Below are positions 26,749-32,000 of a stretch of 32,000 nt of DNA, in pieces; the stretch's first letter is position 1; every line of letters begins with the position of its first letter. The position numbers and the translations under genes are program-made. This DNA comes from Fastidiosibacter lacustris (GTDB lineage: Bacteria; Pseudomonadota; Gammaproteobacteria; Francisellales; Francisellaceae), in contig NZ_QLIR01000010.1 of NCBI RefSeq assembly GCF_003428155.1, positions 30,001-62,000 on the forward strand, in the 5' to 3' direction. The notes below the pieces were generated by a model. The model ran no database searches, was not told the origin of the DNA, and saw only the letters and a program-made list of their open reading frames with translations.

Positions 26749-28078
26749 AGAATTGTCTTAGCGTTGTGATCGGTTTTCTAAATAAGTAATAGAATAAACT
26801 TACATTTTCCCCCATCAACTTGGCGGTTCCTTGACTACCAATTTTAGGAAGTGATTGATTGGAATCAAGGTAAGCAATGACTTGATAAGCAAGCACTTGA
26901 GAAGGTGTAATAGTAGCTTCGAAACTTGAATATTCAATTATGCCATAAACAGGGTTAAGTGGATCAGCATTTAAAAATAGCTTAACTTTATCACCCTTTT
27001 GAAAGTTAATTGCATCAGATACAGGTAACCAAATTTCGATTTCGATTTGATTAGGAATAGCAACTTGCATAACGTTTTCACCCGTGACAACTGGTTTACC
27101 AATCCATTGATTGGGAGTGTCAATAATAGCGATACCATCTATTGTGCTTCTTACATAAGATTCTTCAATCAAATGACGCGTATAATTAACCTCTAATGCT
27201 TTTTCTTGCATTTGAGCTTGTAAAACTTGAATTTCAGCACGTTTTTCTATGTCCTGGTAACTACTTTGAACAGCTGTTTTGTATTTTGCTGTTGCAGTGG
27301 CAAGTTCTTTTTGAGCAAGCTCATTAGCATTGACTAAATCACGCTTATCCATATCAAACAAAATTTCGCCTCTACGCACATATTGCTCAGGCATGACAGC
27401 AATATTTTCAATTACGCCTTCCATTGGTACAGTAATAATTGCAGGATCCTTGGCAATAATAGAAGCAGGTGCTAAAACGCTTTGTGGTACACGAATGAAC
27501 ATAGCACTCAGAATGATAACAATGAACAACCAAACAAGGCGTCTTCGTTTGCTTTTGAAGTAATATTTAATTCTGCCCAACAAGCCATTTGGTTTGCTTA
27601 AGTGTGACCATGCTTGATTGTATGAAAGAGAAATCCAATCGAATTGTTTTAGTTCATTTTCATTTAACATATCTGGGTTTAATAGAATGACCCCACCAAT
27701 AATATCTTTATTAAGGTTGCGAAAGAAATAGATATGAGCATACTTTGCAAGTGGTTCAAGCCATCTTGTTGCAACAGCTTCTGCTACATCATCAATATTT
27801 AGAATCAGTAGATCTTTACTTTGATCATAATGGGTAATAATTTTGCTAATAAATTGATTAGCTGAAATTTGATAAGGACTGGTACCGTTGAGTTGGGTGA
27901 TACCTGAGACACTCAAAATTTTTATGTTTTTATTTTGCCAAGAACTCCACACAATAGCACGTTGATATTCAGCAACAAGTTTGGTTTGGTGCGCGATAAA
28001 AAAAGCAAGTTCATTTAAAGTGTGGATTTCACGCATTTCTTGTTGTAAAGAGAGTAAATTAGCTAATACATCTTTCAT
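26738..28078 (-). CDS. HlyD-type membrane-fusion/adaptor protein with a roughly 180-aa cytoplasmic N-terminal domain
   Basis: 446 aa. A single TM (LVWLFIVIILSAMFI, residues about 181-196) follows a KSKRRR stop-transfer. The periplasmic part has a lipoyl hairpin (MEGVIENIAVMPEQYVRRGEILFDMD), a coiled coil, VRSTIDGIA and beta-barrel-like repeats. Confidence 0.75.
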   Translation of the reverse strand: MKDVLANLLSLQQEMREIHTLNELAFFIAHQTKLVAEYQRAIVWSSWQNKNIKILSVSGITQLNGTSPYQISANQFISKIITHYDQSKDLLILNIDDVAEAVATRWLEPLAKYAHIYFFRNLNKDIIGGVILLNPDMLNENELKQFDWISLSYNQAWSHLSKPNGLLGRIKYYFKSKRRRLVWLFIVIILSAMFIRVPQSVLAPASIIAKDPAIITVPMEGVIENIAVMPEQYVRRGEILFDMDKRDLVNANELAQKELATATAKYKTAVQSSYQDIEKRAEIQVLQAQMQEKALEVNYTRHLIEESYVRSTIDGIAIIDTPNQWIGKPVVTGENVMQVAIPNQIEIEIWLPVSDAINFQKGDKVKLFLNADPLNPVYGIIEYSSFEATITPSQVLAYQVIAYLDSNQSLPKIGSQGTAKLMGENVSLFYYLFRKPITTLRQFFGW

Positions 28079-28080
28079 TT

Positions 28081-28878
28081 TTAACCCTCTTTTCTATCAG
28101 TCACTTTATTTATTTTAAAATGAGCAATTCCACTCATACCTGAGAAAAGCATATCCGTGTTGAGAGTGGATGATTCATCATTTTTAACAAGTTTGCCATA
28201 AACTAAAATTGATTGGCTTGCTGGATCTATTTGACTAACAATTTTAATAACTTGACCAGTAAGTTTTATATTAGGTAGCTCCTCTAACATTAAACTAAAG
28301 TTCGTCCCAATATGAATTTTGCTTAACCATGAAGACGGTATGTACATTTTGACTTCAAGCTCTCGATTATCAACGATTTCAAGCAATGGATCATCTGTTT
28401 TAACCATTTCATTTTCTTGAGCGGATTGATGAACGACTTCACCGTTATAAGGTGCAATAATTTGGCATTGACGTTGCTGGAATAAAATGATATCGAGGTC
28501 GGCTTTAGCAATCTCAGACTGACTTTTTGCTTTTGCCAAATCCATTTTACTGGCTGAGTTTAGACGCATAAGTTCAGTTGTACTTTGTAATAAAGCATCA
28601 GCCGCCTCAAGCTCAGCGCGAGCACGTAGCATTTTGAGGTCAATTTCTTCACAATCAAATTGTAAAAGTACCTCTCCTTTTTTAAAGACATCTCCTGGTC
28701 GAAAATAAATTTTTTGAATAGTCCCTGTCATTGGACTAGAAAGAGAAGCTTTGTTAATTGGGAAAACAGAGGCATATGTGCTTTGTTCGCCGGCATCGGT
28801 AAGTTGTTGAAAAGGGGTTATGCCATAAGAAAAACTAAGCAACATAAACAAGGAGATAAATAAACTGCATGATTTCAT
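28081..28878 (-). CDS. Secreted or anchored HlyD-type periplasmic adaptor protein (short form)
   Basis: 265 aa. N-terminal signal/anchor is MKSCSLFISLFMLLSFSYG. Has a lipoyl hairpin (MTGTIQKIYFRPGDVFKKGEVLLQFD), a coiled coil and IIAPYNGEV. AAGGAAG Shine-Dalgarno lies 8 nt upstream. First gene of the operon. Confidence 0.8.
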   Translation of the reverse strand: MKSCSLFISLFMLLSFSYGITPFQQLTDAGEQSTYASVFPINKASLSSPMTGTIQKIYFRPGDVFKKGEVLLQFDCEEIDLKMLRARAELEAADALLQSTTELMRLNSASKMDLAKAKSQSEIAKADLDIILFQQRQCQIIAPYNGEVVHQSAQENEMVKTDDPLLEIVDNRELEVKMYIPSSWLSKIHIGTNFSLMLEELPNIKLTGQVIKIVSQIDPASQSILVYGKLVKNDESSTLNTDMLFSGMSGIAHFKINKVTDRKEG

Positions 28879-29089
28879 AATCGTGACTTCCTTTTATTTG
28901 AGGCAGTTTTAATATGATTATTAGTTTAGATCAGCGTTTTTATTTGTACAATAGAAAATAACTTTTTGTTATGTAAGTATTTAGCGATAATCATACATAT
29001 AGGCGCATATTTAATACGTTTTTCTCTTAAGATGGAGTATGCTAGTATGAGTTCTAACAAATGTCGATAATGCAAAATAAGGATAAATA

Positions 29090-29533
29090 ATGCAAGTTAA
29101 AGGTTTCAGTTTAGCAACACGTGTCATTCATATGATTGGCTTTGAAATATTTGCTATTGTTATTTTCGCACCTTTAGCTGCTTTTATATTAGATAAGGGA
29201 ATAATAGAAATAGGTGCTTTAGGCATATTCACTTCGCTTATTGCTATGTTTTGGAACTTTATTTATAACTGGGTGTTTGACGTTTGGGAAGTGCGACTTG
29301 GCAAGGATAGGTTTAACCGTAGCGTGATAACAAGATGTATACATGTATTATTGTTTGAATTAGGTCTTTTTATTGTCACCATTCCACTTGTTGCATTTTG
29401 GTTAGATATGACACTTTTGCAAGCGTTTTTAATTGATATTGCTTTTGTGGCTTTCTTTTTAATCTATGCTTTTGTTTATAACTGGATATTCGATCTTCTA
29501 TACTTAAAACTTGTACGCAAAGTAAGCATTTAA
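29090..29533 (+). CDS. PACE-family (AceI-like, bacterial transmembrane pair) efflux protein
   Basis: 147 aa with two tandem BTP repeats. The repeats read RVIHMIGFEIFAI...WNFIYNWVFD and RCIHVLLFELGLF...YAFVYNWIFD, each including the conserved TM glutamate. Confidence 0.8.
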   Translation: MQVKGFSLATRVIHMIGFEIFAIVIFAPLAAFILDKGIIEIGALGIFTSLIAMFWNFIYNWVFDVWEVRLGKDRFNRSVITRCIHVLLFELGLFIVTIPLVAFWLDMTLLQAFLIDIAFVAFFLIYAFVYNWIFDLLYLKLVRKVSI

Positions 29534-29610
29534 ATTTGTATAAAATAATCATTATTTAGCACCTTTAGTGTTACCATCTTACGATTATCAAAAACCTATC
29601 AGTAGGAAAA

Positions 29611-30279
29611 ATGATGCGAATTTTAGTTGTAGAAGACGATATTATGTTAGGTGAAGGAATAGTTGAAGGCTTAAAGCAGCATAACTACGCTGTAGATTTG
29701 ATGCAAGATGGGAAAATGGCAGAAATGGCATTAGATACTGAACCGTATGATGCAGTTGTTATGGATATTGGCTTACCTTTTAAAGATGGCATTTCGATTG
29801 TAAAAAGCATACGTGCTAAGGGAAACTCAGTTCCAGTTTTACTATTAACCGCGCGTGATGCAATCGATGATCGTGTGCGTGGATTAGATTCAGGCGCTGA
29901 TGATTATTTAACAAAACCCTTTGATTTATCAGAGCTTTTAGCAAGAATGCGTGCATTGGTACGTCGTTCAGCTGGACGGAGCGATCCTAAAATTAAGTTT
30001 GAAGAGTTAGAGCTTGATCCTGCAGCACAAACTGTAACAGTAAGCGGTGAGTTTGTAAAACTTTCAAGAAGAGAATTTGCGTTACTTGAATGCTTGTTAG
30101 AAAATACAGGAAAGGTGGTTTCTAAAACGAAGTTGCTTGAAAAATTATATGGTTGGGATGAAGAAGTAGATTCTAATACCCTAGAAGTACATATTCATAA
30201 TGTACGTAAGAAAATTCAGAATAAATATATAAAAACGTTACGAGGCGTTGGTTATATTGTACAAAAACCAACAGCATAA
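29611..30279 (+). CDS. Canonical OmpR/PhoB-family response regulator (QseB/PmrA-like)
   Basis: 222 aa. Has ILVVEDD, VVMDIGLP, LLLTAR, ADDYLTKPF and the winged helix LSRREFALLECLL...LEVHIHNVRKK...TLRGVGY. No kinase gene follows. Confidence 0.9.
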   Translation: MMRILVVEDDIMLGEGIVEGLKQHNYAVDLMQDGKMAEMALDTEPYDAVVMDIGLPFKDGISIVKSIRAKGNSVPVLLLTARDAIDDRVRGLDSGADDYLTKPFDLSELLARMRALVRRSAGRSDPKIKFEELELDPAAQTVTVSGEFVKLSRREFALLECLLENTGKVVSKTKLLEKLYGWDEEVDSNTLEVHIHNVRKKIQNKYIKTLRGVGYIVQKPTA

Positions 30280-30332
30280 GCAATAAACCAAGTAAATCAG
30301 TGGACTTTAGACATAAAATCATTGAAGATAAC

Positions 30333-30360
30333 CACCATTGATTTGATGGTGTTTATTCTT
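30333..30360 (+). terminator. Probable rho-independent terminator after the response regulator gene
   Basis: CACCAT (30333-30338) and ATGGTG (30346-30351) form a 6-bp stem with a 7-nt loop. TTTATTCTT follows. Two further A-T pairs are possible after one mismatch. Confidence 0.5.
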
Positions 30361-30366
30361 TAGGTT

Positions 30367-32000
30367 ATGAACTTACAACTGCTGACTCAAAAGGGTGCAC
30401 TGAGCTTAAGTGCAGTTAATAATATTATTAAGCTTCTTGATGAAGGTGCAACGATTCCGTTTATTGCACGTTATCGCAAAGAAGCAACCGATGGTATAAC
30501 GGATGCCCAGCTTCGTGATTTTTATGCGCAATATCAATATTTACAAAAACTCGATGTGCGTAGAGAAGAAATTATCAATATTTTACAAGAGCGTGAACTT
30601 TACAATAATGAGTTACAAACTGTATTACACAATGCGCAAACCTTGACTGATCTTGAAGATATTTACCAACCTTTTAAGCAAAAGCGTAATACTCGCGCTC
30701 AGCTAGCTATTGATAAAGGGCTACAAGCATTAGCTGACCGACTTATGAAAGCTTATGATAGTATTGATGATTTTTATGAGCAAGCGGCACGGTTTGTAAA
30801 AGAAAAAGTGACTACTGTTGAAGAAGCTATTCAAGGTGCTATGGATATTGCAGCAGAATACTATGCGGATAATCCTAAAGAACGTGCCTTTGTTCGCGAT
30901 CAAGTGTCACAATTTGGTCAAATGCAGATTAAAATAACAAGAAGCTGTGATAAGAATGGTAACTTTTTCCAATTTGATCAATATCAGTCAAATATTAATA
31001 AGATTCCAGCTCATAGATTATTGGCGATTTTTAGAGGCGTTACTGAAAAAGAATTAAGCCTTAAGATTGAAATTGATCATGAACGTTACAAAGAAAATAT
31101 GGAGCGTCATAAACTACCTAAAAATGCAGCTGGTGTATCTTCAATTTTGCTTGATGCCTATTATGATGGTTATAAGCGTTTGTTGTATCCTGCTATTGAG
31201 CGCGAGATCATAAATGATTTAAAAGAAAAAGCCGAAAGTTCAGCGATGAATGTTTTTGCTGGAAATTTAGCTCAGTTATTAATGACTCCAGCTGTTCAAT
31301 CACAAGCGATTTTAGGTGTTGATCCTGGTTTTAAAACAGGCGCTAAGCTTGCGGTGATTAACCAAGAAGGAATGTATCTTGATCATGCAGTTATTTATCC
31401 TGTGGCACCTTTTAATAAGGTTCAAGAGGCAAATGCTGTTGTTACTAAATTAGTCAATAAATATAAAATTGATACCGTTGCGATAGGTAATGGGACAGCT
31501 TCAAGAGAATTACAAGACTTTTTTGCTCAGTATAATAAAGCGCTAAAAGTGGGACTTCGTTATACAGTGGTATCAGAAGCAGGTGCTTCAGTTTATTCAG
31601 CTTCAAAGCTTGCAGAAGAGGAATATCCAGATTTAGATGTAACAATCAGGGGTGCTATTTCTATTGCTCAACGTTTACAAAACCCAATGGCAACACTTGT
31701 TAAGATTGACCCTAAGTCCTTAGGTATTGGTCAATATCAGCACGATGTTGATCAAAAAAAATTAGCACAAAAGTTACATGATATCACTGAAGCCGTGGTA
31801 AATAATGTGGGTGTCAATCTGAATACGGCCTCTTATGTTTTATTGTCGTATGTATCAGGTATAAATACACGTTTGGCAAAAGAAATTGTCAGTTATCGTA
31901 ATAAATATGGTGCTTTTACAAGTGTTGAAGAATTAAAAAAAATCAAAGGATTGGGCGACAAAACATTTGAACAATGTTCAGGTTTTATGCGTATCCCAAA
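30367..32000 (+). CDS. tex: Transcription accessory protein Tex (S1 RNA-binding domain protein). It is 3'-truncated by the window edge and absent from the supplied ORF track.
   Basis: My translation from ATG 30367 gives MNLQLLTQKGALSLSAVNNIIKLLDEGATIPFIARYRKEATDGITDAQLR... Spot-translated segments up to nt 32000 stay in this frame and show family blocks: GVDPGFKTGAKLAVI (YqgF-like), SLGIGQYQHDV and the HhH region KIKGLGDKTFEQ. I did not translate the whole stretch codon by codon. Confidence 0.9.
   Translation, partial: MNLQLLTQKGALSLSAVNNIIKLLDEGATIPFIARYRKEATDGITDAQLRDFYAQYQYLQKLDVRREEIINILQERELYNNELQTVLHNAQTLTDLEDIYQPFKQKRNTRAQLAIDKGLQALADRLMKAYDSIDDFYEQAARFVKEKVTTVEEAIQGAMDIAAEYYADNPKERAFVRDQVSQFGQMQIKITRSCDKNGNFFQFDQYQSNINKIPAHRLLAIFRGVTEKELSLKIEIDHERYKENMERHKLPKNAAGVSSILLDAYYDGYKRLLYPAIEREIINDLKEKAESSAMNVFAGNLAQLLMTPAVQSQAILGVDPGFKTGAKLAVINQEGMYLDHAVIYPVAPFNKVQEANAVVTKLVNKYKIDTVAIGNGTASRELQDFFAQYNKALKVGLRYTVVSEAGASVYSASKLAEEEYPDLDVTIRGAISIAQRLQNPMATLVKIDPKSLGIGQYQHDVDQKKLAQKLHDITEAVVNNVGVNLNTASYVLLSYVSGINTRLAKEIVSYRNKYGAFTSVEELKKIKGLGDKTFEQCSGFMRIP

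Noticed and set aside
29010-29031. CTTAAG (29026-29031) and TTTAAT (29010-29015) in the divergent PACE/HlyD promoter region, resembling PmrA/BasR-type half-sites
   Set aside because: The half-sites are 16 nt apart start-to-start rather than the roughly 11 nt expected for OmpR-family direct repeats. Such hexamers are frequent in AT-rich DNA.
3078-31645. Short track ORFs nested in, or antisense to, the long genes. These are 3078-3299, 5302-5583, 5309-5503, 7382-7621, 7622-7822, 8651-8911, 10024-10212, 10262-10540, 12473-12700, 14482-14865, 15987-16205, 16218-16412, 16981-17163, 17614-17844, 19779-19991, 20026-20229, 20810-21031, 21382-21582, 21718-21960, 23676-23906, 27330-27563, 28323-28511 and 31454-31645.
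   Set aside because: Each lies inside a longer ORF whose product has clear family motifs. Their translations are low-complexity or oddly composed, and none has a recognisable motif or ribosome-binding site. Such ORFs are expected by chance in AT-rich DNA.

Overview
AT-rich bacterial chromosome, roughly one-third G+C by eye (not computed). Gene content and order look gammaproteobacterial, possibly Legionellales-like, but that cannot be confirmed from this window. About two thirds is ordinary housekeeping DNA. (i) A seven-gene minus-strand cluster (741-7749) covers phenylalanine/tyrosine breakdown through homogentisate: hppD, maiA, hmgA, fahA, phhA, phhB and a Leu/Phe/Val-type amino-acid dehydrogenase. 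(ii) Next come psd, an orphan membrane protein, tatD-like, hpt, a LysR regulator, a DMT transporter, ruvB and nagA. (iii) A plus-strand block follows: candidate 6S RNA, 5-formyl-THF cyclo-ligase, a BolA-like protein, chaA-like, rlmE, a PduO-type adenosyltransferase, trkA, mnmG and a small lipoprotein. The accessory-looking part is 23.1-30.3 kb. It holds a tightly packed three-gene operon (24550-28878, minus strand) encoding two HlyD-type periplasmic adaptors and a polytopic M50 (site-2-protease-like, HELGH) metalloprotease fused to a third HlyD-type domain. No ABC/RND/MFS pump, outer-membrane factor or obvious substrate gene lies nearby. Two OmpR-family response regulators bracket the operon, one lacking the conserved receiver lysine. 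There is also a PACE-family efflux gene, and no histidine kinase anywhere in the window. I consider this operon the best candidate for an undescribed peptide-processing/export system. The left edge carries the C-terminal part of an HExxH peptide-modification-family protein, which hints at a RiPP locus just outside the window. The right edge is a 5'-partial tex gene that the ORF track omits. No rRNA, tRNA, CRISPR array, IS element or prophage signature was seen. All family assignments come from motif recognition by eye, not database searches.
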